Part shown: positions 44,091 through 59,710 of the stretch, piece after piece
How positions within the stretch are numbered: the first letter of the stretch is position 1
Layout: every line of letters starts with the position of its first letter
Assembly (NCBI RefSeq): GCF_009914755.1
Contig: NC_060936.1
Length of the DNA stretch: 64,000 bases
Direction: 5' to 3' (one strand)
Source: the human T2T-CHM13v2.0 reference genome, Homo sapiens
Notes under the pieces: model-generated
Databases searched by the model: none
What the model was told of the DNA's origin: nothing
The model's input: the letters and a program-made list of their open reading frames with translations, nothing else
Made by a program: the position numbers and the translations under genes

Positions 44091-45249
44091 GAGTTTCCAA
44101 ATATTTCTGATTTCACCAGCGGGGGAAGACTGGCAGGCTCCTATATCCTCGAAGTATCCTGCCATGAGATGCCTGCAGAGTGGGGAATGGCATCACCTTT
44201 CCAACCCTGTGCAGCACCCAGTGCGAGCTGCTTATTAGTGGGAACTGGAGAGGAAGAGGAGGAAAAGGAGGACCCATGGCCATGGCTTTTTCTGTCCTTG
44301 TAACCCTCAACTGATATGTATCCCATACTTCTTGGTTGGGCAGAGGGGAGAGCAGAGGTTGACAGGTCACATTTCCCTCAGTTTTCCATCCTTCCTTCAG
44401 TGCTGGGAGAGAAAAGCATACGACATAGACAGGGAGGTCAAGCTCCACCACGCAGATGAGGTGCAGGCCACCAGTCTTCCTCTGCCACATCTCTTTCTGA
44501 AAAGGTAACCCTGCACCGCCTTCCCATTGGCTGCCACCTTGCATCCCCTACCCACAGCTCTCTACCTTGCTCTTCACCTGAGCTGCCTCTAGAAAGAGAG
44601 CTGAGGTCTGGGCAAAGCCTTCTGACAGGCTTTCTTGGGCAGGGGAGTTGGGGCGGAGGGATGAACGGTGGGAGGGAGAAGGACCAGATTTCCTGGCCTG
44701 ACAGGCAGCCTGTGCTGAGAAACCATGACTGAGTAAGCCAAGCTTTGTTGGCCGCACCTGCCAAGCCACAGGGTGCCTCAGGCTTGGAGCATCCCGGAGC
44801 CAGTTACAACCCAAGACTTCAGCCTTCTGGAAGGTGTTGGGTCAGCCACCCTGAAGGACGATCCTGCCCAAGTGACATGCTTTGCTCTTCCTTCTCACCC
44901 AGGACTTCACATTCACCCTTGCAATCCATGTGGGGACACTGTTGGATAGGAGGCGTGGTCCCAGCGTGGTCTCCCTGTCTGGGCCTCTGCCTATGCCAAA
45001 TGTTTGCCTTACGCTGCACACTCAAGAGGTTCCATGTATACAGATGGGAATTCCAGAGCTACAGAAAAGGCAGCAAGCACCATGATTTAAGCTAACCAGT
45101 GTGGATTCACACCTTCCTCTCTCTCTATCAGTGGCAGAACTACCAGCTAGAGTAAGAAGTGGTTGATCCAGGACCTAAACATTCTGGAAACTCTTGCCCA
45201 CTTCTGGGAGAAATGACCCAATCCATAGTACTAAGCACACCTTAACTTT

Positions 45250-45900
45250 CGTAGGACGCAGGCAAGTTGTCATACCGTGTGCCTAAATATAGAAAAATGA
45301 TCCACTGGACTAATAAAGTGTTAAATAAAATATGTCCTGACTGTCTACTTTGACAACATACTTTCATAATGACAAAACTTAAAAATGTATAAAGCTATGG
45401 TTTTTATATAGTTGAAAATTGACAAAACAGAAGACTAAATTTACTTATTATTGCACATGATGGGCGGGCTATGTTTGGTTGAGTAATAAATATATACATC
45501 ATAATTTTTTTTTATTCAACAAAATTTGCTTTTCTTGCCTTTGTAATAGCAAAGCCACCAATTATGCAGTTATAATCACAATTTTATATAATTTTTGTCC
45601 TGTTGACAGTCATACTGAATTAGATAACTTTTTTTGAGTCATTATAGTTTTTAGTTTTTTATCAATTTCACTGTGGAGAAATTGTGAATTACACTCTGCG
45701 AAGGCTGGAAATTATCAATATAATTCTCAAAGCAATACTTGGATACAGAACTAAACCATGGATTTTATATGCCACGTACAAACTAAATAATGGGATGGTG
45801 TATGTTAAATTGTCACTCTCACAACAAAATTACAAAAATGTTTTTATTTCATCATACAAAGTGCTATCCTGTACATCATGAAAATTTCTTAAAGCAATAT
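45250..45900 (-). mobile_element. hAT (Tip100-type) transposon fossil with transposase C-terminus
   Basis: Broken minus-strand frames read YPSIALRIIL..., STVKLIK..., ...GGFAITKARKANFVE*, resembling the hAT dimerisation domain. Confidence 0.7.
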
Positions 45901-46188
45901 CAAACAAGTCTCAAGCTTTTTGAGGTTGGAACTCCTTTATACTCTTAAAAGTTACTGAGGACCCCAAAGACCCCTTTTGAGGACCCCTTTTGTTTATATA
46001 AATTATAACTATCAATTTTTGCCAAATTAGAAATTAAAACTGATAACTTTTAAAACCCAACACACAAGCACACATCCCATTAGTCATCAGAGTGATGGTG
46101 ACATCACACACTGAGTAACTTCTGGAAAATTCCACTGTACACTCGTGAGAGAATTAGCCTGAAAAGGGCAAATGATATCTTAGCATTA

Positions 46189-46541
46189 CAGGTTAAGTAT
46201 CCCTTATCCAAAATGCTTGGGACCAGAAATGTTTTGGTTTTCAGATGTTTTCTTTGAATATTTGCACATATATCATGAGATATCTTGGGATGGGACCCAA
46301 GTCTAAACACAGAATTCACTTAGGCTTCATATACACCTAATACGCATGGCCCAAAGGTAATTTTATAAAATATTTTTGATAATTTTGAGCATGAAACAGT
46401 TTTGTCTGGATTGTGACTATGACCTGTCACATGAGGTCCTGTGTGGAATTTTCTACTTGTAGGGTCATGTTGAGTCTCAAACAGCTTGAGAATTTGGAGC
46501 ATTTCAGTTTTTGGATTCTCAGGTTAGGGCTACACAACCTG
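46189..46541 (+). mobile_element. Tigger4/Zombi (MER46)-like MITE nested in a Charlie-like element (~45900-46630)
   Basis: TIRs caggttaagtatcccttatccaaaat ... aggttagggctacacaacctg with TA on both sides. Confidence 0.8.
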
Positions 46542-47342
46542 TATTAGGAAAATGATTTTGACCCCCACAGACTCCTTAGAAGAGCTCAACAACTCCCAGG
46601 AATCCTCAGACCATACTTTGAGCACTGCTGCTGTAGAGTGATGGAAAGAACTGGTACCATGCTGCTACATGTTACGTCTAGACCTATAAACGTGCAAAAA
46701 TATAAGAGTTAATGAGAATCATTCTTACAAAACAGTCCTCAAATGCCACATGCAGGTTTTGTGAATACTGCACTAACTCGTGTATGTCCAGGACCATGAA
46801 TTGGAACAGGAAGAAATACAAGAATAGGGACACTTGGCATTTCTGGGAAAGGATACTTTGTTAGGTAGGAGTCTATTACATTCATTGGATCTGAGAAGAA
46901 AGCTTGGATGAGCTAATTCTGAATCCTTCCTGTGCCCTGCCCTGAAAGCAGTGTTGTCTCCCACGTGGCAGTTGTACAACCTACAAACCTTCCCAGCATT
47001 AGGGTTCCAGAGCTTTTGGCTTCGAGAACATAAGGTAAGAGGTGTGAAGAAGCATTTCCTTGGGGCCTGACTGGTGTTGGTCATGAGAGTGAATGTTTGG
47101 GTCCAGGCAGTGCTGTGTCCTGGGAGTCACTGGTCCTTCAGATGTCTCTGCTGTGGATATACGTGATATGGCAGAGCCCTCTAAAGCACTGGGCCAGAGC
47201 AGGAGCCCCCTGGCCTGCTTCTGAGTGCAGTGCTCCTGCATAGACTTTAGGACACAGAATCACAAAATCTCAGTCTCTGAAGGGACCTCGGTGGCCAGCC
47301 AGCCAGCCCACCACGCAGGTAGCAAATCTTCCACATGTGGTA

Positions 47343-47546
47343 GCAGAAGTGGTCTTGCTACGGAGGTAAGAAAGCTTAAGCTTCAGGGCCCGGCTTGCGT
47401 GGGCTCTTCTAGGACTTTGGAATAGGCCCTAGCCATGCATTCACATGGCCATATATTTTCGTATATTTTATAATTTTTATTTTTCTTAAAGAGCTCGCCG
47501 CAAGTTGTATAAGCTTCAGGAACCACACAACCCGAACCCACCTCTG
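47343..47546. mobile_element. hAT-type non-autonomous DNA transposon remnant
   Basis: aagcttaagcttcagggccc...ggccctagc...tataagcttcagg...cccacctctg, a pattern typical of Tip100-class MERs. Confidence 0.5.
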
Positions 47547-48309
47547 CATAGCCAGGCTCTTCCTTGCCAGGCACTTCTCTTGAAGGAACATTGAGGTTTG
47601 AACCAGAAGAGCTGGATTTGAGCCACAGCTTTGTACGGACTAGCTATGTGACTTTGGAAATAATAACAACAGCTGACATTTATCAAGCTTTACTACATGT
47701 CAGTCACTGTGCTAAGCTTTTGCATGCTTCATTGCGTGTAAAATTCAGAAATGCCTTTCGACCTCTCAAAGTGTCAGTTTTCTCTTTTGTGCAATGAAAA
47801 GAACAACATCAATGTATATTTCCCGCCTCAGTTCTGTGCATGACCTGAGGGCGGGCCCTGCCTTAGTCACCACTGTGTCCCCATCACCCAGCCCAGTGTC
47901 TGGCCCCCAACTCAGTGATGTCGAGGAGGTATGCAAGTGCCTCATGGCTGTGCTGACAAAGGCAGTCATCACGTGCACTTTGGAGGCTGGCAGCTTAGTA
48001 GTGTGAGCTTGAAGGTCTTTTCTCCTGAGGTCAGAATCTCCACCATTTCCAAATCTAGAAACCTGGGTAAGTTGCTAACCTGTAAAAGGGAGTAATAACA
48101 CTGGTAACTACCTCCTAGGACTGTTCGGAGGATGCAGTAGGTAATCTACCTAAAGCACCTAACACATGACACATAGAAAGTATTTAAGACATGGTAACTA
48201 TTACTTACTAGGCAGGCAACTTCACTTTTGGACAGACAGATTTATTATAAAACACCTCCTACCTTGGCAAGGGCAAGGGCAAGGGCAAGGACCGTGTCTT
48301 GCCTAGATT

Positions 48310-48636
48310 CTTTTTTTTTTTTTTTTTTTTTTTTTGAAATGGGGTCCTGCTCTATCACCCAGGCTGGAGTGCAGTGGCACAATCTTGACTCCCTGCAACC
48401 TCTGCCCCCCGAGCTCAAGTGATCCTCCAGCCTCAGCCTCTTGAGTAGCTGGGATAACAGACCCACACCACCATGCCTGGCAAATTTTTTTATTTTTATT
48501 TATTTATTTATTTATTGGTAGAGACAGGGCTTTCACCATGTTGCCCAGGATGGTCTTGAACTCCTGAGCTCAAGTGATCCAGCCGCCTCAGCCTCCCAAA
48601 GTGCTGCGATTACAGGTGTGAGCCACAGCACCCAGC
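48310..48636 (-). mobile_element. AluJ
   Basis: Alu with expanded (TTTA)n middle linker. Confidence 0.88.
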
Positions 48637-48708
48637 TAATTTCTCTTCTTTTTTAAAATATTTGTTTCCAAATTTACCATGATAACCATGAATTACTTTT
48701 TTATTGAA

Positions 48709-49184
48709 TGTCTTAGTCCATTTTGTGTTGCTATAAAGGAATACCTGAGGCTGGGTAATTTATAAAGAAAAGAGGTTAATTTGGCTCATGGTTCTACAGG
48801 CTGTACAAGAATCATGGCACCAGCATCTACTTCTGGTGAGGGCCTCAGCCCGCTTCCATTCATGGGGGAAGGCAAACAGGAGCTGGTGTGTCTGGAGATC
48901 ACACGGGGAGAGACCAACTGAGAGGAGAGAGAGCCAGGCCCTTTTTAACAACCAGCTCTCGCAGGAACTAACAGACCAAGAACTCCCCGGTTACCGCACC
49001 AAGCCATTCATGAGGGATCTGCCACCGTGACTCAAACATCTCCCATTAGGCCTCACCTCCAACACTGGAGATCAAATTTCTTTAAAAAGAATTTTTTTTT
49101 TTCTTTTTAGTATCTTTTCTTCAGACCAGAGGGGATCAAATTTCAGCATGAGATTTGGAAGGGTCAAATATCCAAAGCATTGCA
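48709..49184 (-). mobile_element. MST (ERVL-MaLR) solo LTR, MSTB-like
   Basis: tgtcttagtccattttgtgttgctataaaggaatacctgaggctgggtaatttataaagaaaagagg...catgagatttgga...ca; TG...CA ends. Confidence 0.85.
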
Positions 49185-51360
<2,176 letters not shown>

Positions 51361-51616
51361 GAATTACTTGCATAGAAGGGAAAAAATATGTTGCTATTAA
51401 CAAAATCCTGCATATTCATGTCATTCCAAACCAAATGCTATGTCCTCTAGGGAACTTTCCCCAGGCTCACCATTCGGAATATGCCTTCCTCTGGACATTT
51501 CGTTAGTATGCCTCTTATAGTGTCTTGTATTCAAATGAGGCTGCTGGGATCTCCAATCTTATTGGAAGGTAAGCTTGTTGAGGGCAGGGGTCTTGTTCAC
51601 TTGAAAGTATTCCCCA

Positions 51617-51950
51617 GGCCAGGCACGGTGGCTCACGCCTATAACCTCAGCACTTTGGGAGGCCGAAGTGGGCGGATCACCTGAGGTCAGGGGCTCGAGA
51701 CCAGCCTGGCCAACATGGCGAAACCCCATCTCTACTAAAAATACAAAATTAGCCAGGCATGGTGGTGCATACCTGTACTCCCAGCTACTCAGGAGGCTGA
51801 GGCAAGAGAATCACCTGAACCCAGGAGGCGAAGGTTGCAGTGAGCCAAGATCGCACCATTGCACTCCACCCTGGGGGACAGCCTGAGCGACAAGAGCGAA
51901 ACTCCATCTCAAAAAAAAAAAAAAGAAAAAGAAAAAAGAAAGAAAGAAAG
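51617..51950 (+). mobile_element. AluS
   Basis: Full Alu; near-perfect TSD gaaagtatt(c/t)ccc. Confidence 0.9.
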
Positions 51951-54027
51951 TATTTCCCATGGCCCCTGGCATGGAGCCTAGGACTATGGTGGGGCTGAGG
52001 ATTTGGTAAATGAATGAATGAGTGGATAACTAATGAATGCTATTGCGTCATTCACACCATTTCTATTCTGGTCAGAATCTAGGCAAACATCCTTAACAAA
52101 GAAGCACTTGGGAAATGCATTCATTAAATTAATGGTTACACCTTTATTGACAAGCATAGTCATGTGTTGTTTCACTGGAGGTTTCTTTGGTTTATTATAG
52201 TCATTATAATGCTCGTCAATAAGAGAAAAATGTGCCCAAATCACTTGAGGAATTATGTGTGAATTGCACACTCAGGCATTCCACAGCTAAGGCTCAGCCT
52301 CAATCAATACGGTAACCCAATGACAGGTTTTATCAAACATTGGATCCTGCTTAAGCTAGAAGATTTTTAGCCTTTGAATTAGCACTCTGAACAGGACTCT
52401 TAATTAATCTGCTAATGATTTTCTTTGTTTAGAGGGATAGTCCTAATTGATTCTAATATATGCTCCCAGAGATATATGCACTTATGTATTCCCTTAAACA
52501 ATCCTGACAAGAGAGCTAGAGTGTCATAGCCCCTGTCCTCAGGGAGGGCACAGTCCAGAATTGGAGGCAGCACACCCCACTATTTTGATTGGTGGGGTGA
52601 GTGCTAGGTCATATGGTGGGTCCAGAGAAGGAGTAAAGGATTCGTTCTGCCTGGGAGGCAAGGAGGTGTCAGGCCTCAGGCCACATCACACATTTGAACT
52701 GAGCTTGAAGCACGCCTAGGATTTGACCAGGTAGAGACAAGGGCTGGAGGGTTTCAGGCAGTTGGATAAAGTGTTCCAGGCAGAAGGAACAGCTAGAACG
52801 AAGGCATGTTCACAAGCACATACTTGTACCAATACACATACTCATACACTCAGCTGCATTCTTCACCCAAGAATTGGGCCAGTCCAAAACTGTCTGAAAG
52901 ATGTTATTGTGTCCACCTGAGTCAGCTCACAGCTCCAAGGCCCACCAGGCCGTGGGTTGCAGCTGTCCTTTCCCCAGGAGGGCATTTAATATCTGCTGTC
53001 TCCTGCCTGCCTTACCACCAGTGCAGGCCCTCTCCCTGTCACCCGGTTGGACATTCCCCTCAGGGTCCTCACTCACTGCAACTGTGGCTCAAATCCCAGG
53101 AGGCTCTGTGTGACTGGGCCAGAGATTACTGGTCCTGGTGAAGCTTGGGTATTGCAAGAGGCAGAATTTTCCACCTCCCTGTGCTGGGGCCTTCGGCTGA
53201 CCGGCCAAGCTGCAGCGGTGGGGAGGGAGGGCATCCACAGCACTGTGGATGGCTGATGGTGGTGTAATTTTGTCCAATAGTCAATACATTGCTTAGAAAC
53301 AGGCCCAAGGTGCTGTCTTCCATCATTCAAGATGAGTATTTATTGATCATTTAAATTTAACTTTTTTAAAATTTTAATTGAAGTATACAAACAGTTTAAA
53401 ATGCGCATGTCATTAGTGTGCAACCTGATGCATTTCCACCCACTGAACACACCTGTGTAACCAGAACCTGGTTCAGAAACAGAGCATGGCCAACATCTAG
53501 ACTCTCCTTCCCCCGCCAGGTGCCACTTTCTCTAAGGGTGACCACTGTCCTGGCTTGTAACAGCATAGATCAATTTCTTCTGGTTTTGTACTTTACACAA
53601 ATGGAATCATATAGTATGGACTCTTTTGGCACTTACTCTTGACAAACAGGTTGGTCAAAGACTCTGGAGAGAGAAGGCAAGGGGGTATTGAAAGACTGCC
53701 CTCATGAGGAATAGGAACCTATAAATGTAAAATGGAGTAAATCACATGTATGAGGGTCTCTGTGGTCCCCGGGAGAGTGGGGAAGGCAGGTGGCCTGGTA
53801 GAAAGTGCTCTGGTCCAGGAGTCAGGGACTTGTGCTCACATTTGATACGTCTCCATGGTTTGCTGTGCAACCTTGGGAAAAACTTCTTTCCCTCTCTGGA
53901 CCTCAGGTACATCCCCTGCAGGGTTGGGGTGGATCATTTCCTACCTTTTCACCAGAAGAGACACTGTCTTTTATCTATCCCCACCTCCACTGCTGCCGTG
54001 GATGTCATGCTTTGAAAAATGTTTCTA

Positions 54028-54298
54028 GGCCAGGCGCAGTGGCTCACGCCTGTAATCCCAGCACTTTGGGAGGCCAAGATGAGCAGATCGTGAGCTCAGA
54101 AGTTCGAGACCAGCCTGGCCAACATGGAGAAACCCTGTCTCTACTAAAAATACAAAACTTAGCTAGGCATGGTGGCGCATGCCTGTAATCCCAGCTACTC
54201 AGGAGACTGAGGCAGGAGAACCATTTTAACCTGGGAGGCAGAGGTTGCAGTGAGCCGAGATTTCTCAAAAAAAAAAAAAAAAAAAGAAAGAAAGAAAA
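54028..54298 (+). mobile_element. AluS with internal 3' deletion
   Basis: gagccgagatttctcaaaa lacks the ccactgcactccagcctggg segment; TSD gaaaaatgtttct. Confidence 0.88.
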
Positions 54299-55192
54299 AT
54301 GTTTCTGAGCAGAGTGTGAAGATTAATTTGTTTCCCCATTTCTTATTAACTGGAAGAAAGGCTCATAGAGCAGACTCAGATCTGCAACAGATAGCAAGCA
54401 GTGCCACCCTGGGTGGACAGAATTCCAGTCAAAAGCAGAGGCTCTTTCTGGCTGAGTTACTTGACTGCAGCCTCCTATCAGGGAAGTATTCAGAGCCTAG
54501 TGTACCCAGTGAGATATAGCAAATAGTTTGAGAACACTTAAACTATTGTGCAGCCCTGGGCCCTGGGCCTAGGAACCACTGAAAAGATAGAAAATCACTA
54601 ACTTTCCTTCCAGCTCTGATAAGTCAAAGGTCTAGGGTCATCCACCTCTCCTCTCCAATTGACTGCAGAGTTGTGGGGTGTGAAACCCCTCTCCTGAGCT
54701 GGACCCCCAACCCCATCCTATGCCCTTCACCCCAGCAGGCCCTCTGCCCAGCCCATTGCTGGAGTCCTAGGGGACCCAGGGCTATCTCATGTTGCTCCGG
54801 GGGACTACTGGGAAACTGCTGATGGAACTTGAGTCAGTAGAACACTTGACCACTGCTCCCTACAGCTCCATGAAGCTCCCACCAGTCCAGGGAGAGAATC
54901 TCTACAGGAATGTGACCTGGCCCCCTGGGGCTCCTCCTCCTGCAGTCCTGGCTGCCCAGAGCTCAGGCTCCAGGGCCTCACTCCCCTCTGTGCACCCCTG
55001 AGAGTTCTCTGCTTTCTAGCCCTATTTCCATTTCTGTCCATGATCCTAGGATAGGGTGAAGTCTGCTTGGGGACATTAAACCCTCTGATGGGGAGCCAGA
55101 ACCACACCCAGAATAAGTCAGAATCTGACTAGAGCTGAGAACAGGGAGGGAGAAAGCTTAGTGGGGAAGGACTTGGTGAAGGAGAGCGTCTC

Positions 55193-55491
55193 GGCCAGGC
55201 GCGGTGGCTCACACTTGTAATCCCAGCATTATGGGAAGCCGAGGCAGGCAGATCACCTAAGGTCAGGAGTTCGAGACCCACTTGGCCAACATGGCGAAAC
55301 CCCATCTCTACTAAAAATACAAAAATTAGCCGGGCATGGTGGTGCGTGCCTGTAATCCCAGCTACTCATGAGGCTGAGGCAGGAGAATCACTTGAACCCA
55401 GGAGGTGGAGGTTGCGGTGAGCTGAGATCACACCACTGCACTCCAGCCTGGGTGACAGAGTGAGACTCTGTCTCAAAAAAAAAAAAAAAAA
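55193..55491 (+). mobile_element. AluS
   Basis: Full Alu with A tail. Confidence 0.9.
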
Positions 55492-56103
55492 GATTGCTTC
55501 TTGGAGAAGGGAACTCATGGATGGATGCAGATGAAGAGGCCAGAGCTCTAGGGAATGAGGGTGTCCCAGGCAGGGATGTTGCAGCTGGGACAGTCTCCAT
55601 GCAGTATTCTGGGCAGTATGAGGGTGTGCAGGGGACCCAAGAGGTCACCTCTGGAGGAATGAAGTAGCCAGAAGTTCCCTAGGGTAATGAGGTGGGCAGG
55701 GGTGGCATGCGATGAGTCTGTTGAGAATTTGGAACTTGGTATCAAGACACTCAGGAGCCTTGGTTGGATATTTAGACATGCCTGGGGCAGATAACTGAAT
55801 GGCCAAGGATGGACAGCCCATCGGTCCAGCATCTGATCCATTTTCACTGTCTTCAAGGCAGGTGGCAGGTCTTTGCACAGTGAGATGTGAAGTGGATTGA
55901 GGGGTGAGGCCAGTGGTGTCACCTTGGGATGAAGAAATGCTTGCCCACTAGTCCATCAGGATAGGCTTCTTGAAAGAGTAGCAATTTTGGGAACAATGTG
56001 ACAGGTGAGACAGAGGGTTTGGTTATAGGAAACGGTTATTGAGCATGTGCTGTGGGCTGGTGCAGCTCTAGAAAATAAGGGTGAAGAGTGGTGACCCCTG
56101 CCC

Positions 56104-56460
56104 TGATCATGCCATTGCACTCCAGCCTGGGCAATAAGAGCGAAACTCCATCTCAAAAAAAAAAAAAAACAAAAAAACCCATAAAATGTTTTTCAGGTTC
56201 ATTAGTGTTGTAGCAAGCATCAGTATTTCTTTCCTTTTTATGAATGAATAATATTTCACTGTGTGGCTATAGCATAATTTGTTTATAGATTGATGGACAT
56301 TTAAATTGTTTCTACTTTTTGGCTATTGTGAATAATGTTGCTAAGAACATGTGTGTACAAGTTACTGTCTGAACACCTGATTCCAATTCTAGGAGTGGAA
56401 TTGTGGGATCACATGTTAACTCTGTGTTTAACTTTTTAAGCAACAGCCTGTACTTCTAAT
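56104..56460. mobile_element. Alu 3' fragment abutting an L1M fragment
   Basis: gatcatgccattgcactccagcctgggcaataagagcgaaactccatctcaaaa, then L1 3'-type sequence. Confidence 0.75.
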
Positions 56461-59454
56461 TGCATTACTTAAATTCAAGCAGTGGTGGTGAGACAGGGGT
56501 AAAGATGACATCTGAGAGTACATACTGTTATTTTTCAATATTTACAATTTCTTTTCATCTCTTTTTCTGAAAGTTGTTTAAAGTGGAGGAGAATAAGCTG
56601 AGACGGGCCATCATCTAGTAAACTGCCCCATAGGCCGAATAAACTCCTTTGTACTGTAAGCCCCAGCAGGCCAGGGATCTTTGTCAGTTTCAATTCCTGA
56701 CATATTTCAAGTTTAGAACAGTGAATGGCATATGGTTGGTGCTCAGCACATGGCTGGTGCTCAATAAATATTTGTTGCATGAATAAATAAATACAATGAA
56801 CTGCCTCAAGTGTGCTAAAATCTCAAGAAAACAGATGTCCATCAAGTAGAACCAGAGGAGAATGGGCCGACTTTGTAGCCAGAAGTGCATGGTTAGATAT
56901 GGTAAAGGACTTCCCAGAGCTATGGGGCCCTCAGCCCTTGGGGAAGCCTCAACTTCTTCTTTTAACACCAGCCATGTGCAGGTAATTTTACATATGTTTA
57001 TACGGAAGCTCTGAGAGGCTGTGGATTCCACAGCCAGGCAGCCTAGACGGTGGAACCTGAATCCACCCCAGGCTGCTGGTCATGCAGGCCTTGCTCCCAC
57101 TGTGGGGACAGTGGTCCCTCCATCCCAAGGCCAACGCTCAGCCCTAAGAAGGCCTGGGGTGAGGTCAGCCCAAGGGTACCCAAGGGGCCCTCAGAAGAGC
57201 CGTGGAAAATACATGGTGCGGCCAGAGGAGGAAGGAAGGATGGCAGCAGAGCATGCAAATTGGAAGCTGATATCGAATTGCAGCAAAATGAGCAGAGGAT
57301 TAGATGCCCCACCTGGACCCACCCCAGAGAATACCAAGGCTTGGGCCGGCCCTTGTGAGAAGCTGGCAGGCCCAGTCCCAGGTGGAAGCCTGGCCCCTGG
57401 CCCGATGAGCAGGGGCGATGAGGCAGGGTGGCTGATCCCAGGCAGGAAGACACCACTGATTTGGGTGAGGCCCTCCTTCCTGAGCCCTCCACCCTCAGCC
57501 TGGGCATCCCACACTCATAGAGCTCCTCCTGGTTCTGGGGAAGGAGCAGGATTAGAGCCAAGCTGAGACCCTATCCCAAGTTCCTGCCTTCAGAGAGTGC
57601 AGGGGAGACGGGGATAGGAACACATCCAAATGCCCAGGATTCTGAGGGGGTTGGGGGAAGGGGAAGCTGCCTTGACTGAGTAAGTCAGAGAAGGCTTCCT
57701 GGAGGAGAGCGAAGGGTGTGGGGCTGGGTTGAGATACAGGAAGATCTGGGTTTGAATTATAGTTTGGCTGCTTCCTAGCTGTTTGATCTTGGACAAAACT
57801 TTCATTCATTCTATATTTTTTGGAGTGTCTACTCCATGCCAATCATGTGTGAAATGTTGGGATAACAAAGGCGAATTCAATCTGGCTCTCGTCCTCGGAG
57901 CTTAAGCAAATCATCTGGGGTAGCGTGACCCATGCTACGATGGAGGTGGAATACGGGGCTGCAGGGCGGGGCCACAGGACATAGTGGGCAGCTTAACCTC
58001 CTTGAGCCTCCCTATCCCTAATTCACGTGATGGGGTTTGTAACCACTTCTCACATCGTTGAGAGAAAAGGGTGAGCCTGACTCAGAGGTGTGGCAAAGGA
58101 AGGGCAGGGCAGGCTTTAAGGACAGGCACAGGGCTGTCAGAGGCTGAGGCTAGGGAGGGGCAGGAAGGGGTGTGAGGCAGGGCGGAAGAGAGCAGGGCCC
58201 TGGGCAGGTGCTGAGCCAGGTCCTGCAGGTCACCCAGTCGCTTGAGTCCACGAATGCTGGAGGCAGGCACTGGAGAGCCAGGGTGGTTCAGCCGCAGCTC
58301 CTCTGAGCAGGGAGTCAAACAGGTTTGGGTGACCCTTGTGAGCAAGGTCCCGGGGCATCACTAATTTCCACCCCCTTCTCTGGTAATGACTCTGGTGCGG
58401 CCTGGCCCTGGCAGTCACAGCTCCTCTCTCTCCCTATAGGGCTGAAACAGACACCAGCTCTCCAGGACCAGCTGGTAAGAGCTTCTCCACTGCCCCCGAG
58501 CCCTGACAGGAGGACTCCCACAGTGTGCATGGAAGCCCAGGGAGCTCGGGGGCTACAGAGGCACCATTGGCTCTGGAGCCTGCAGCCCAGACAGCCCCCT
58601 CCAGATGTAATGGGGGAAGGAGCCAGGGACTGGGAGGAATTCAGAGGTCAGAGGAGGAGCAGTATCAGGAGATACTGCCCTCCTGCAACTCCTCCTCCCA
58701 GCTGCTCTCCCCTCCTGCTAGTGCCCACAATGGCTCCCAGCTGCCTCCTATAAGGAAGCTTTATTAGCCTGCAGCCTGTACTCCTCCACGCAGCAGAGCT
58801 GACAGGACCCCATTAGTCAGCTTATTCAACCCTTCCCCTGGTGCACAAACCCTTGCCAAGCTTTTCTGGCATTTTGCTCAGCCTGCTTGGACCCTCCAAG
58901 CAGGTAGGAACTCACTGTTTCACAAAGCAGTGTTATTAGAAAGGTTTCCCTGACCCTAGCCCCCCACATCTAATCTTTCTCAAATGTGGGCAGACTTGTT
59001 CCTGGCCCCTTCTCATTCCACCAATGCACACATGCACATGCTCCCTCTCTCCATCCAAGCTCCAGGAATCAACCTCTACCCTGAACCAGGTCCCTGAGGA
59101 CCACCACGTGGCTGCAACACAGCAGGTGTGGGGCAGGGCACAAGTGGGCTTAAGGGGGGTATAAGGGCTGGCAGTTTGCTCATTGATTCACTCAACAAAC
59201 ATGTACTGAGCACCTCTAAAGGGCCAGGGCCTGTGCTAGGCACTGCGGTGCCATGGTGAGCAAATCCAGAAATGGACCCTGCCCTCTAGGAGTTCACAGT
59301 CCAGAGGAGAAGCCCGATGCTGAACAGAGAATCACATCCGTGAGCAACACAAAAGGCAAGGCAAACCCTGGGCAGATGCCCCCGGGACTGTGTGTTATGG
59401 GCCTACAGGAAGCCTCTCCCAATGAAAAAGCAATTTTTCAGCCAGAACCTCCAC

Positions 59455-59710
59455 CAGTGTCTTTCAAACTGTGAGTGGCAACCCATTTGTGGGTCATAAA
59501 ATCAATTTAGTAGTTGTGACCTGAATTACTTGTTAGTGAAATAGAGAGGAATTTACAACATCACACTTAGGAAATACTGTTTTGTGAAATGTTAGTTTCA
59601 GTTATCTATCTATCTATCTGTCTGTCTGAGAGATCATGTTTATTAGTTAAGATATTAAATGTATTTCTTACTGCAGGTCTCAATCAAAAACCTCTGAAAG
59701 CCACTGGCCT
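59455..59710. mobile_element. hAT-Charlie-type MER remnant
   Basis: cagtgtctttcaaactg...ctgaaagccactggcctagag termini. Confidence 0.55.

Noticed and set aside
57021-57566. Overlapping 181-aa and 172-aa ORFs on opposite strands
   Set aside because: No homology recognised; composition typical of random GC-rich ORFs.
58747-58755. cctataagg as a CArG box, and tataag at ~59160 as a TATA box
   Set aside because: Only five A/T between CC and GG; no downstream gene structure for the TATA-like word.
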